A stretch of DNA of 53,176 bases from a candidate division WOR-3 bacterium. Its GTDB lineage: Bacteria > Hydrothermota > Tepidihabitantia > Tepidihabitantales > Tepidihabitantaceae. Positions 28,901 through 38,523 of this stretch are shown here, piece after piece (the first letter of the stretch is position 1; each line of letters begins with the position of its first letter). The notes beneath the pieces were generated by a model. It was not told the DNA's origin, did no database searches, and saw only the letters and a list, made by a program, of their open reading frames with translations. The DNA lies in NCBI GenBank assembly GCA_965649205.1, contig CBFGJV010000003.1, forward strand, positions 1 through 53,176, written 5' to 3'. The translations under genes were made by a program, and so were the position numbers.

Positions 28901-31624
28901 TATGGCTGAAGCGTAGTACGGTTCTGACCGACCCGGCCAGGGCTCCAGCACCGTCCAAGTGGCTCCGTTGTCAATAGAATAACTGAGATTACCTCCATCA
29001 GCCGCACTGTAGAACCTGCGCCAGTGCCAGAAGGAAATAGCCGGTGTGTCTGCCAGAGCCGCGTATGGCACAGACAGAAGCCGCCAGTTCGCGCTGTTCG
29101 CATAACTTCCGGACAGAGGCGCACCCCATACATTGGGCATTGACAGGGCTGGTTTGCGCGGTGCAGCCGGAATACCCCAGGCCCAGGCTCCAGTCGCCGG
29201 TACCGGAGTATAGCCGCCATTATTTTCGGTGAACGTCTGCGCAAAGTTCACTACGGCCGCCTCTGCCTGCAGGACATCATTCAGCGGGTAAATGTCGCCT
29301 ACTAGTCGCGTGCTACACTTCACCGCATAGAAACCGACAGCCGGCGGATACCATTTGGCAAAACTCACTAGCACACTTTCGCCTATGGCCAGAGGCCCTA
29401 CCGGCACGGTCGAAACGTATGAGGCAGAAGGTATTGTCATGGTTATGGTAAAACTGGCTGTGGGCAAGGCGGAACCATAGTTCTTCACCCACGCCTGCGG
29501 CACTATGGTGTCACGCACCAAAGTACCAGCCGGCAAAGGTAACGCCACCAGACCTACATCCAGCTTGGCCAGTCCAAGCAGAATAACATCGTCTATCATC
29601 CAGCCTGAACTGGTATTGGAAGCATCTGAACCCAGCCGCCAGCGCAGACGCACCACCGTACCCGAATTGACGGGTAGCCGGAAGAAAGCCTGTTCCCAGC
29701 CGGCAGATACGCCAGAATAGCCATTTTCATATCCCAGCCCGCGAATAATACCCGCATAGGGTGCCGCAAACCTCGTCCAGGGCGACACCACACTCCAGCT
29801 CGCACCGTTGTCGGTTGAATAGCTCAGGTTGCCACCATCATAACCAGCCTCCAGATTGTACCAATGCCAGAATGACACCACAGGTGTGTCCACATACGCC
29901 ACATAAGGCACCGATATCAGCCGCCAGTCTGCATTGTTAGTATAGCTGCCGGTTAACGGCGCTCCCCAGACTCTGGTGCCAGAACGGGCAGCCGGACGGG
30001 GAGATGCCGGAACTCCCCAAGCCCACGCTGCAGAACTGGGCGTGGGTTCGTAGCGGGCATTGTCTGCTTCAAACTGTTCCACAAAATCGGCTACCAGCGT
30101 CAAACCGGTTTTGCTGTCATTAGTATTGTCTCTGTCCCCATCCAGAAGCGTAGAGCACTTCACCGCATACACTCCGCTGGCAGGCATCCAGGCGGCAAAA
30201 CTTACCAGCGTGCTTTCTCCCGAGCCAAGATTGCGCACCCAGAACGTATCTTTGTAGGCCTCTCCCACAGTCATAACCACCGGAAAAGAATCATGCCGGG
30301 CAATGCCGAAGTTTTTCACCCAGGCCTGCGGAACAATTGCTCCTGAACCGCGCATATAGGTGCCGGCAGGCGCCAGAATGGCCAGCACGGCCACGTCGCG
30401 CGCAGGATTGAATCCAGACCTATAATACACATCGCTATTGGTAGTGCCGTTTCGCAAGTCTCGCCACACCAGATGCAATTCGTTTAGAGTATCCATCGCC
30501 AGACAAGTAGCGTACTTTGCGTAACTACCTGTCGTGACATCCTTTGGAGTACGCCAGATACCTTCGGGCGTTCGCTCACACATCCGCACCTGCAGATAGC
30601 CGGTTGAAGCCGCGGAATAACCGGACCAGACTACATACAACCGACCGTCTGCAGCCGCGGCCAGTTGCGGCTCAGCCTGTACCGTGGTCAGGCTCCGCTC
30701 GGAAACTGTATCCGTTGCCTGCCAGACTCCGCCTGCCCGATACGTATGGCATATGCGACCATTGGGCACTACCAGACTGCGCCAGACAATATGGGGCTGA
30801 CGAGTAAGAGGGTTAACACATATGGCTGGCTGAGTCTGATGAGTGGTCAACCCGTTGGTTATACGCACAACAGGCTGCCATACGGTTCCGATTCTTTCCT
30901 TGTAGAAAATCTGCGAATAGGTCGGGTTAGCCTGATCGCTTCCCCTCCAGACCAAATGCACCCGGTTATCTGCAGAACCAGCTATCCCTACAGAAATCCG
31001 TTCGAAATCAGACAGCTCCAGCTTAACCTGCGGCTGCCAGACTCCGTCTATTTTCTCTACATAAACCAGATAATACTCGTATTTCGTAGTGGAACTTCTC
31101 TCTCCCCAGACCACATGTACATGTCCGTCAGGAGTAGTAGCAACTTGGGGGTTTGTCTTCGGCTTGGCTACTGAATCATCCGAAAGCCGCCGGCTAGTTG
31201 CATTCCAGCCCAGGGAGGGGTCCCACATCTGATAATAAATTGCAGCATTGGCCGAAGTGGCTGGCCCGCTCGCCCATACTATATGCACCCGACCCGAATC
31301 ATCCACACATAGCGCCGGATAACGGTCGTAATGAGTGCCAGGAATATCAGTTCCCAGCATTGTGCTGTCACCCCAGCCTGCACCCGGTGTATACCGTTTG
31401 TATATGGTGCGGTAGTTGGCCGCGTTAGTCCACACAACATGAATGTTACCAGACCTGTCAACTGCAATATTGCGTTGATTGGCAGAATCTGTGTAATCGT
31501 GAGCGGTGTTGAAGGAAAGACGGATTTCCTCTCCCCAGATTACTTCGTCGGTGGAACCGACGGCCACAGCCGGTAGCACTGCCACCAGCGTCAGACAGAA
31601 CAAAAACCACACTGATTTCTGCAT
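25907..31624 (-). CDS. 1905-aa modular surface protein: BNR-like propeller, 3 jelly-roll domains, 8 CARDB-like Ig repeats, T9SS-like CTD
   Basis: GGAGG SD; signal peptide; repeated G.xHxVW blades; 8 repeats ending (C)xTxLxGD...ND; C-terminal PNP...YDATGR...GIYLLKL...QKFVVQR. Confidence 0.88.
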   Translation of the reverse strand: MQKSVWFLFCLTLVAVLPAVAVGSTDEVIWGEEIRLSFNTAHDYTDSANQRNIAVDRSGNIHVVWTNAANYRTIYKRYTPGAGWGDSTMLGTDIPGTHYDRYPALCVDDSGRVHIVWASGPATSANAAIYYQMWDPSLGWNATSRRLSDDSVAKPKTNPQVATTPDGHVHVVWGERSSTTKYEYYLVYVEKIDGVWQPQVKLELSDFERISVGIAGSADNRVHLVWRGSDQANPTYSQIFYKERIGTVWQPVVRITNGLTTHQTQPAICVNPLTRQPHIVWRSLVVPNGRICHTYRAGGVWQATDTVSERSLTTVQAEPQLAAAADGRLYVVWSGYSAASTGYLQVRMCERTPEGIWRTPKDVTTGSYAKYATCLAMDTLNELHLVWRDLRNGTTNSDVYYRSGFNPARDVAVLAILAPAGTYMRGSGAIVPQAWVKNFGIARHDSFPVVMTVGEAYKDTFWVRNLGSGESTLVSFAAWMPASGVYAVKCSTLLDGDRDNTNDSKTGLTLVADFVEQFEADNARYEPTPSSAAWAWGVPASPRPAARSGTRVWGAPLTGSYTNNADWRLISVPYVAYVDTPVVSFWHWYNLEAGYDGGNLSYSTDNGASWSVVSPWTRFAAPYAGIIRGLGYENGYSGVSAGWEQAFFRLPVNSGTVVRLRWRLGSDASNTSSGWMIDDVILLGLAKLDVGLVALPLPAGTLVRDTIVPQAWVKNYGSALPTASFTITMTIPSASYVSTVPVGPLAIGESVLVSFAKWYPPAVGFYAVKCSTRLVGDIYPLNDVLQAEAAVVNFAQTFTENNGGYTPVPATGAWAWGIPAAPRKPALSMPNVWGAPLSGSYANSANWRLLSVPYAALADTPAISFWHWRRFYSAADGGNLSYSIDNGATWTVLEPWPGRSEPYYASAIAGLGGERGYTGLDTNWTQTWFRIPVAAGKAFWLRWRLGSDAASVSYGWMIDDVAGMNVGLAQDAGVVALTMPVGTLVLDSVIPSAWVKNYGAVPLTQFDVKMVIGSEYTSTVTAGPLGVGESTLVEFPKWLPSRPGFFAAKCSTLLAGDNYGANDASVTSCVVVNFIETFEATNGGYTADPSSAAWAWGTPASPRPAPRSGTKVWGAPLTGNYLNNANWKLVSAPYIATQDTPIVTFWHWYQFQAPPTPPSAAYDGGNVSFSTDNGTTWVVIEPWAERSAPYHSAPIAGLNNEYGYTGSISAWTQAWFKVPVVNGTKFLLRWRLGSNASTVSYGWVIEDVAGIGMRQPADVGATAIVSPSGTVDLGTVVVPKAKVKNLGGGTRTFEAVFSISNRYQDTKTVTDLLPGEEREITFANWTADTLGTLAVACSTRLAGDDVPANDKTTASVFVRLIDVQPVAIVAPVGLVDSGTVIAPKVRVKNNGNQAATFPTLLVIGSYSNTQTVANLLPGEEREITFSSWTATVRGVNVIKCTTRLSGDRVPSNDKLEGTVTVVIKDVGVTAIVAPAGTVNPGTSVTPACSVYNYGSEAVTYTVRMQIGTFYNQTASVTDHAPGTAAYVTFPNWTASPLGLWAVKCSTELVGDLRPANDKKTGTVAVGRYDAGVEAILVPADSVDSGAVVVPRVRVRNFGPDSAQFVVWFKIHQTADELVSRPVLPGEGEASIGFGWTGGDWFVDQVYEDSVVVSVRGGENVTVNFGKQWVAGPVGNYRLESYSVLLGDVNPGNDTARGVLKVVRAIHDVGTAALVAPVGTLDSGAVVIPRAVVRNYGNRPETFRVRMSIGAAYVDTQEVSLGVGAQDTVEFVQWVARQVGRHTVSCRTLLAGDMNPNNDAKTDSVEVRSVGIGEGSGLPRVFSATGVLPNPAREVCELRLALPEASRVNIAVYDATGRMVREVVDGVMAAGYHRVRIGSGELAEGIYLLKLSAGKHQLTQKFVVQR
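27875..30090 (-). repeat. Three ~170-aa jelly-roll repeats (about 30090-29575, 29250-28735, 28410-27875) alternating with CARDB-like units
   Basis: AWAWG.PA.PR, VWGAPL.G.Y, FWHW, DGGN.S.S.DNG, LRWRLGS.AS and GW.I.DV each recur three times. Confidence 0.9.
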
Positions 31625-31821
31625 ACCTGACCTCCCTGAGATTTTTCTTGGCGAAGAACAGCGGCTACACCTCTATCCCGGCTAAAATCCCGCACTGCCC
31701 TTCTGCCTCTCCACTGACCCAATACATAACCCAGGAAAATCAAAAGTCAAGCTGTTTGGGGATATCTTCCCCAGCAAACACCCACCTGTTTTCAGTTTCT
31801 TTTTCTTCTACTGCCGGTTGT

Positions 31822-31849
31822 TTGACAGGCTAATCTCCTCCACTATTCT
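31822..31849 (+). promoter_or_regulatory. sigma70-like promoter (leaderless, TTG start)
   Basis: TTGACA-N16-TATTCT, 6 nt before TTG 31856. Confidence 0.65.
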
Positions 31850-31855
31850 CAAACC

Positions 31856-33133
31856 TTGACTCTGCTTCTTGTTCTAATGGCTGCCAGCCGCATTGTCATC
31901 ACTGAGGTAATGTCCAACCCGGCTGGAGCCGCAGGTTCAGGCTATCCTGAAGACCGTAACGAATATGTGGAGCTGTATAACCCAACCAATGAGGCAATTG
32001 ACCTGTACGACTGGACGCTGGATGACTTGGACGGTTCACCCGACCGCCTGATAGCTTGGCAGGACTCTTCCATTCTTCGTAACAATCCTACCTTACTCAT
32101 TAATTCCACCTGGCTGCAACCTCACAGCTATGCTGTAGTGCTGGATTCAGAATACACCCACCCCCTTCCCCAGGGAGGTTACGAACAACCCTACATATTC
32201 GGTGACTCCTGCCTTATTCTGACCACCAGGAACACTACGCTGGGCAACGGTCTGGCCACCAGCGACCCCATAGTTATCATTTCTTCCAGCGCTTACGGCT
32301 TTGAGGACACTTCTACCTTTGGAACACCCTTCGACACCACAGACAAATTTCCGACTAACCCCGGAGACGGAAAATCTTGGGAAAGAATAGACCTGTCCGG
32401 GCCGGACTTGCCTGAAAACTGGGTAATCTGTCCTAACCGGCTTGGTTGCACTCCCGGCAAGCCTAACAGTTCCAGCAGCGCTCCGGACCTGGCCGTGCTC
32501 AGACTGGACGTGGTCCGACCCGAAAGTCTCAGGCCCGAACAGCCATTTACTTGTCACATACACATCGCCAATGTGGGATTTGTCCCGGCCGCCAGCTGGT
32601 TTATGCAGGTATTTCTGGACCGCAACGGTAATGCCCAGCCCGACAAGAACGAAGCATGCAGAACTGTGGACGGTTGGCCCCTTTACCCTGCGCAAGACTC
32701 TGTTCTGAAGTTCAGCCTCTCGTGTCCTGCTGTTTCCTGTGACCTTTGGGCAAGTCTTGTCTGCTCCTCTGACCGGGATACGGCAAACAATCGCTTGCGT
32801 CGGACCCTATATCCGGCCGGAACCGGTCGGATTCTTAGCGTCACCACCTCCAGCTTCAGCCCAAACGCCGACGGCTTTGAAGACAGCCTAGAGATTGTTT
32901 ATCGCTTGCCTCGGAAAGGAGGTAAACTGCAGGTGGCCATTTATGACCTGGCCGGTAGGCTTGTAGTCACCCTTCTGGACACGAAAGCCAATGCGGAGCA
33001 GGGCACGCTCTTCTGGAACGGGACAAGCTCCGCGGGCCGCGTGGTCTCTCGCGGCATATACGCTGTCCGGCTGTCCTATCATCTGCCGGACATGGACCGG
33101 TTAGAAAAATTGCCGGTGGTACTGCAACGCTAA
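31856..33133 (+). CDS. Lamin-tail domain protein with CARDB and FlgD/CHU_C-like C-terminal domain
   Basis: IVITEVMSNP...EYVELYN...IDLYDWTL; TPGKPN; PDLAV; FSPNADGFED...IYDLAGRLV...WNG. Confidence 0.82.
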   Translation: MTLLLVLMAASRIVITEVMSNPAGAAGSGYPEDRNEYVELYNPTNEAIDLYDWTLDDLDGSPDRLIAWQDSSILRNNPTLLINSTWLQPHSYAVVLDSEYTHPLPQGGYEQPYIFGDSCLILTTRNTTLGNGLATSDPIVIISSSAYGFEDTSTFGTPFDTTDKFPTNPGDGKSWERIDLSGPDLPENWVICPNRLGCTPGKPNSSSSAPDLAVLRLDVVRPESLRPEQPFTCHIHIANVGFVPAASWFMQVFLDRNGNAQPDKNEACRTVDGWPLYPAQDSVLKFSLSCPAVSCDLWASLVCSSDRDTANNRLRRTLYPAGTGRILSVTTSSFSPNADGFEDSLEIVYRLPRKGGKLQVAIYDLAGRLVVTLLDTKANAEQGTLFWNGTSSAGRVVSRGIYAVRLSYHLPDMDRLEKLPVVLQR

Positions 33134-33171
33134 CCTAATCTACGAACGACGGCTCTGCTCTAACTGTTCCG

Positions 33172-34029
33172 TTATTCACCAATTATTATGTAGTTACGAG
33201 GATTTACCCACGCCCCCTTGCGTTTCATCCCATAATGCAGATGAGTTCCTGTAGTGCGACCGGAAGAACCTACAGTGGCAATGACCTGTCCCCTGGTCAC
33301 TTCTTCGCCTACCTTTACTTTCAGCGAAGCACAATGGGCATAAAAAGTAACCAGACCGTTACCATGATCAATCTCCACCACCTGGCCCCAACCCGAATGC
33401 CAGCCGGCAAAAACCACCCGACCGTCTGCCGTTGCCACCACCGGTGTACCATGCGGAGCAACTATATCCATACCCTCATGCATGGTACTTACGCCGGTAA
33501 ACGGGTCCTTACGCATGCCAAACCAGGAAGTAACCCATCCCCGAACCGGCCAAATGGAAGGAATACAGGAAAGCTCTGACCTGCGTGCTTTCAGAACTTG
33601 CTCTATCTGGGAAAGGGAATACTGACCAAGCCGGGCGCGGCGCAACAGTTCCGCCAAGTCTGGGTTCTCATCTTCGCCAACCTCCCCGCCAACTCCCATT
33701 TTCCTGACTTCCTTGGGAATTAGATACAGGTCTGTGGCTGCTCTGAGCTTATTGTCCATCTCCTCGGTCATAGCCAGAAACTGCCGGAAGGTGTCAATGA
33801 CCGCCATACTGGCGGTAAGCCGGGCTTTCAAAAGGTAATTCTCCTTTATCAGAAGCTCCATCCGTCCCCGGTCTGTATGGCGACTGAAAAAGACCTGACT
33901 CAGATATCCGCCGCCCACCAATAGCACAAGTATAGCCCCGACAGCAAGATATAAAACCGAAACCGGCACGGTCAAACTCACCGCCCGGTTACGCCGCTTC
34001 AGGGCGACCCATAACTGCAGCTTTTCCAC
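33172..34029 (-). CDS. M23 family metallopeptidase
   Basis: N-terminal TM; PSIWPV.G; HEGMD; YAHC; TGTHLHY. Confidence 0.92.
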   Translation of the reverse strand: MEKLQLWVALKRRNRAVSLTVPVSVLYLAVGAILVLLVGGGYLSQVFFSRHTDRGRMELLIKENYLLKARLTASMAVIDTFRQFLAMTEEMDNKLRAATDLYLIPKEVRKMGVGGEVGEDENPDLAELLRRARLGQYSLSQIEQVLKARRSELSCIPSIWPVRGWVTSWFGMRKDPFTGVSTMHEGMDIVAPHGTPVVATADGRVVFAGWHSGWGQVVEIDHGNGLVTFYAHCASLKVKVGEEVTRGQVIATVGSSGRTTGTHLHYGMKRKGAWVNPRNYIIIGE

Positions 34030-34035
34030 CCGGCA

Positions 34036-34063
34036 AGTCTAGCCAGAACTGCCCACATGTCAA
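34036..34063 (-). promoter_or_regulatory. sigma70-like promoter (leaderless)
   Basis: TTGACA-N16-TAGACT, 6 nt before GTG 34029. Confidence 0.7.
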
Positions 34064-34109
34064 ACCCCCTTCCTTACTCTTCTCTACCTCCGTCTAAACC
34101 GGACCCGGT

Positions 34110-37100
34110 TTAGCGCTGTATTATGAACCTATCGCGGAAACTCGTCCGGCTTTGCGTTGCCCCTGGCTCGCTGGCCACCACTTCCAGTTTGTACAGATAC
34201 ACTCCGTTGGCCGGAACCTCTCCATCGCTGTCCAGCCCGTCCCACTCTATCTGATTGTACCCGTAGGTACAAACCTGCTCCGGCAGTTTGCGCACCAGCC
34301 GCCCGGAAAGAGAAAAAACCTTCACGGTCACAAACGCGCTTCTGGTAAGCTCGAAGGTAAACTTCGCCGGGCCCGCGACCGGATTGGGATATACCAGAGC
34401 ATTCTCAACCCGCAAGGCGTCGGACCTTTCCGTTCTCACATAGGCAGTCGCCACTCGACGGTTACGCATATTATCAGACACTACCAGAGTAAGCGAATCC
34501 AGCTCCTTTCTCAGCTCCACCGGATACTCAAACCGGCCAGTGGTGGACGAGTTCCTGTCGTAACTGAACCGGTAAGCCAGTTCAATCCGACCCGAAGTGC
34601 GCGCCCCGATGAACAATCCCAAACCTCCATCCGGCACCGCAGCCAAAAGAATCCCGGAAGAGTCTGATACTACGCCGGTTAGAGTAAACTTTCTGGGTAC
34701 TCGTACTGTGTCGCCAATCACCAGAGGCCGATCGTCAGCATACAGCGCCACCGTTGGGGGCGTGGAATCGAAAACCGCCACTGCCGGTCCCAAGGCAATA
34801 TCTGCCTTTCTCGCCGCATATCCTGTTTCTCCATCCCAGGCAAGCAGACTGACAGAAGCTGTATTGGGCAGGCGGATATAGGTGCCATTGGGTACAACCA
34901 GAGTGTCCGGATAGTCCACCACCGGAACCGTAAAAGAAAGCTGGGTCCTGCCCGTTCCAAAAGTTCCGCTGGCTTCGTACAGCTGGTAGCCAGGCAAGGT
35001 ATAACGATACCAGCCGGCTTCAGAAAAGTAGTAACGGGACCAGGTCAACTCTCTCGCCAGAATGCCATACATTCCCTTTTCCACCGGGACAGAATCAACC
35101 ACTGTTACCCTTGTGCCCGGATAGAATGTGTCGGGCATAACTACCGGCTCGTACCCGGGCCGGGGCAGACGTACCCTCGTAGCCGGATCTCCGAACATAT
35201 GGTATATAACGTAGGTAAGCCAAGCCCGGAAAAAGGCAGGGCCTATCGGCAAGGTATCATTCTGTACCAGACTGCCAAACAAGGTTCGGGCAAAAAGCTC
35301 ATTGGCTCCTGGAGTGGTGGCTTTGATTCCGCCGAAGGTGGCGATACACCCTGATTCCTTGCGCACCAGCTCTTCGGCAATCGCTTCATAGCGGGTGTCG
35401 TCGAACCTCCCCACCCCACACGAACCAAAGAACGCCAAAGGGTTACGACTCCCATTCATAACCTGAGGTACACCGTCAATCCTCAAGGCCCGTTCGTGAC
35501 ACAACTGAAAACCGGCCCCGTGACCATAAAAACACCAGAAAAGAGCGCCCTGATTCAGCCGGGCCAGCAGCTCACTTCTGGCTCCTGCCTTGTCATTTAC
35601 GCCGGTAAATGGATACTCGGTCAAGTAAATCTTCACCGGGTCCAGGAGTCCCCGAGTATAGAGCATAATGTCTTCACAGCCGGATATATGCTGAAACCCT
35701 ATCGGGTCCCTTTTATGGACTGGATCTGGTTCTCCCAACCACTCATCATCGGCCAGAAGCAAGAACTTCTTGGCCCACAATCCCAGAGACTGCGTTTCGT
35801 AGACTCTGACTTTTTCCAGAAACTGGCGCAACTCCGCCGCACTGCGACAGGTAATGCGCGCCAGAATCATGTCCGGCGCGCCGCCCCGGCCTTCGAAATC
35901 GGCAAACCAGGCATCAGAAGCTCTAGCGGTCTGACCGTACACCTCCGGGTCGATATCGTAACCCATCTCATAGGTGGGCACTCCCGGTGGGCGCTGCATA
36001 CCCAGCCGATTGCGATAATCATAGGTAGCATCACCGGCCAGAAGTCCATAAACCGGCCGCTTGTGGGCAAAGAAACTTTGAATCGCCCCAGGCTCCTCCA
36101 TACCGAAGGCGTAGTCGTCATATATTTCCGACAATCGTACCGCCCGCACGCGTGCGCCAGGCAATCCGGCGACGTTATTCTCCCGATAACGGGCAAGTAG
36201 CCGCGCCGCCGGATAGAATTCATCCGGGCAGACGATGTAATAGTCCACCTGCTCCGTAGCTGAACGTAAACCTCCCGGATAACTCCTCTGCAAAGAACCC
36301 ACCGGTTTGAGCTGTGCCGCCAAGGCGCAGAAAAAATCCCCTCTGCCCCTGACCTCTGTCTTCACCTTGCGTCTTCCCGCGGAAACTTCTGTATCTACAA
36401 TACGCTTGGGCGCGTACCAGTCTGTCACATCCAGCAATATCACCTCGCCTGTCGCTCCCTCCAGAGCAAACTCTACTGTACCTGAATCGTAGAGGGAAAA
36501 ACCCAGAGCAGGTCTGGTCGCAGACAGCCTCAACTCCTGAAGATAACGCACCTCCAGATAGTCAAGGTAATCTACCATTTCCGGGTCGCCCAGAAACTCA
36601 AACACCAGAGTATCCGCGACACCGACCGGGCGAATAGTCTGCGGAGGCAGGCTGTCTATGAAAAAATCCGCCGGCGGAGGTACAGAATGGCTGGGAATCA
36701 GCGCCAAAGACTCCACCCTGACACCATTAAGAAACAACCGGCAAGGATGACGGGAAACGGTATCTCCTTCATTCCTCGCTCCATACAATCTGCCCGCAAG
36801 CGAAATAATTGACCGGCGCCCGGGAAGCGACAGACGAACCGGATTGGCCATCCGGGGCACGCCCGCCTGCTTGAAAAACTTCTGCCACAGCCACAGAAGC
36901 CCGGACCGGGCCGGACAAAGCAGATCCTGCTCCAGACGCACGTGCGCCAGTCCCAACGCCGCAGGGGAACCGGCCCCGGCTCCAGAAACAGTCTGCATCC
37001 TTTTCCCTGCCTCCCCGCCCCAAGTAAGCCAGAAACATCGGTAATCGGTGTACAGGTTTTCCAGCCAGACCGAGTCATTCTCGCTCCAGCAACTGGTCGC

Positions 37101-38018
37101 CTGCGCGTAGAAAGCAATATAGTCCTGTTTGTCGAACCTGCCGTCCTCCTCACCCTTCACATATATAGCCACTTCTACCATGGTGTCCGGATATGGCCCT
37201 CCGGCCCGGTATGGACCAAGTGCGTATAACCTGAAGGTCCTTGGATCAATCTCCTCCGGCACGAACCCGGCCTGCCTCAGGTCTGCAGCGGTAAGACGAT
37301 ACACCCCAGTTGACTCTGTCTTCACCTTGCACCATACTGAAGCCCGCTCAAAAAAACTGCTCGACCCAACCTCGGGGTCACTCAACTTCCAGTACCTTGT
37401 TTGCTTGCCGTTGACCAGCATAGCTTCCAGCATCGGATCAAATCGGTCGATACTGGTCACATATCTGCCCGGCGCGGCAAAAAAGATTCTCACCCGTAAC
37501 CTTCTGGCTACACGAACCATATGCCGAGCTGAATCGTACTGGACTGGATTCAGGCGCAGGAATGCCACCCGCACCCCGCGCACGATATCAATCTTCTCCA
37601 GCTCTGCCCACGGCCTGAATCCCCGGACGGAGCTACGTGTCTCTTCCTGCGTGGCGGTCGGTCTGAAACCGGGTGCTAGTCTCAGACCCGTTACTTCCAT
37701 AGCCTGCAGTTCCAGCGCTTCTGTCGTTAGCCGCACTTCTCCCTGCTGGGGAACACCCACCAGTACTATCTTGGCTGGCAAATCAAACTCGCCTGGCTGA
37801 TTGGGTCGGTCCAGACCCGGAACGATAACTACCTGTCCCTGCCCGGTGCTTTCTACATATACCGTATCAAGCACCAGCTCCAGTTCCAGACCTTTTTCTG
37901 TCTGACTCAACACCCGTAGCCCGGCGCCGACCACATTTCCGCCCGCACTGGACAGGAAGAAATGCAATAATAAAAACAAAATCGGTACAACCCCGACCTG
38001 AATACGAGTTTTCTGCAC
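34110..38018 (-). CDS. Peptidase C25 (gingipain/PorU-like) with propeptide and FlgD-like C-terminal domain
   Basis: DG.FD..DYIAFYA; NLYTD; IYDDYAFG; LAGDATYDY; catalytic FYGHG and GSCGVGRFD; YPNP...WDGLDSDG...ANGVYLY. Start reassigned to GTG 38018, which gives a clean signal peptide. Confidence 0.85.
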   Translation of the reverse strand: MQKTRIQVGVVPILFLLLHFFLSSAGGNVVGAGLRVLSQTEKGLELELVLDTVYVESTGQGQVVIVPGLDRPNQPGEFDLPAKIVLVGVPQQGEVRLTTEALELQAMEVTGLRLAPGFRPTATQEETRSSVRGFRPWAELEKIDIVRGVRVAFLRLNPVQYDSARHMVRVARRLRVRIFFAAPGRYVTSIDRFDPMLEAMLVNGKQTRYWKLSDPEVGSSSFFERASVWCKVKTESTGVYRLTAADLRQAGFVPEEIDPRTFRLYALGPYRAGGPYPDTMVEVAIYVKGEEDGRFDKQDYIAFYAQATSCWSENDSVWLENLYTDYRCFWLTWGGEAGKRMQTVSGAGAGSPAALGLAHVRLEQDLLCPARSGLLWLWQKFFKQAGVPRMANPVRLSLPGRRSIISLAGRLYGARNEGDTVSRHPCRLFLNGVRVESLALIPSHSVPPPADFFIDSLPPQTIRPVGVADTLVFEFLGDPEMVDYLDYLEVRYLQELRLSATRPALGFSLYDSGTVEFALEGATGEVILLDVTDWYAPKRIVDTEVSAGRRKVKTEVRGRGDFFCALAAQLKPVGSLQRSYPGGLRSATEQVDYYIVCPDEFYPAARLLARYRENNVAGLPGARVRAVRLSEIYDDYAFGMEEPGAIQSFFAHKRPVYGLLAGDATYDYRNRLGMQRPPGVPTYEMGYDIDPEVYGQTARASDAWFADFEGRGGAPDMILARITCRSAAELRQFLEKVRVYETQSLGLWAKKFLLLADDEWLGEPDPVHKRDPIGFQHISGCEDIMLYTRGLLDPVKIYLTEYPFTGVNDKAGARSELLARLNQGALFWCFYGHGAGFQLCHERALRIDGVPQVMNGSRNPLAFFGSCGVGRFDDTRYEAIAEELVRKESGCIATFGGIKATTPGANELFARTLFGSLVQNDTLPIGPAFFRAWLTYVIYHMFGDPATRVRLPRPGYEPVVMPDTFYPGTRVTVVDSVPVEKGMYGILARELTWSRYYFSEAGWYRYTLPGYQLYEASGTFGTGRTQLSFTVPVVDYPDTLVVPNGTYIRLPNTASVSLLAWDGETGYAARKADIALGPAVAVFDSTPPTVALYADDRPLVIGDTVRVPRKFTLTGVVSDSSGILLAAVPDGGLGLFIGARTSGRIELAYRFSYDRNSSTTGRFEYPVELRKELDSLTLVVSDNMRNRRVATAYVRTERSDALRVENALVYPNPVAGPAKFTFELTRSAFVTVKVFSLSGRLVRKLPEQVCTYGYNQIEWDGLDSDGEVPANGVYLYKLEVVASEPGATQSRTSFRDRFIIQR

Positions 38019-38024
38019 GAGGTA

Positions 38025-38053
38025 ATGATAGAATCCACATTCGCTGAAGTCAA
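38025..38053 (-). promoter_or_regulatory. sigma70-like promoter of the C25 gene (leaderless)
   Basis: TTGACT-N17-TATCAT, 6 nt before in-frame GTG 38018. Confidence 0.65.
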
Positions 38054-38421
38054 TGTTACAACCCAGGCCAGGCTTCTTTTCCATCCTCTCCTGCTACCTT
38101 CTCCTCCGTTGGGAATCGGCGAGGCACAATTCTCTGCTGACGTTGCCGCTCTCTTGCCGGCTCCAGCTGCCGCCAGCCCTCGCATTCGCCTGGCGACTCT
38201 GAAAAACGAGGTATTTTCCACTTTCTTAACATTCCGGTTTTACCGACGCTCGCACGCTCTATTTGCTTCCCGACTACTTCCTTTCCCTATCCCTTGACCA
38301 CTTTTTCATTTCACCCGCAGGAATATTCCCCTGTTCGGCCATTTCCTTATCACCTCAACAGAAGCAGCCCCCTAGGCGGACCCTGCCCTGGGGACTCCCC
38401 GCAAAAAACTCGACTATGGGC

Positions 38422-38449
38422 TTGCACCCAAGACAGACCTGGCTATAAT
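38422..38449 (+). promoter_or_regulatory. sigma70-like promoter of carAB
   Basis: TTGCAC-N16-TATAAT. Confidence 0.6.
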
Positions 38450-38523
38450 CGGGCCGCATTGTTGAGCCGGGAATCGGGGTACCGTCAGGCACCTCAACGC
38501 CACAATCTTGCCGGACGTGCCAG

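Noticed and set aside
25907..31624. CRISPR array or DGR template/variable repeat among the repeats
   Set aside because: Repeats are in-frame protein domains diverged at all codon positions; no spacers, cas genes or reverse transcriptase
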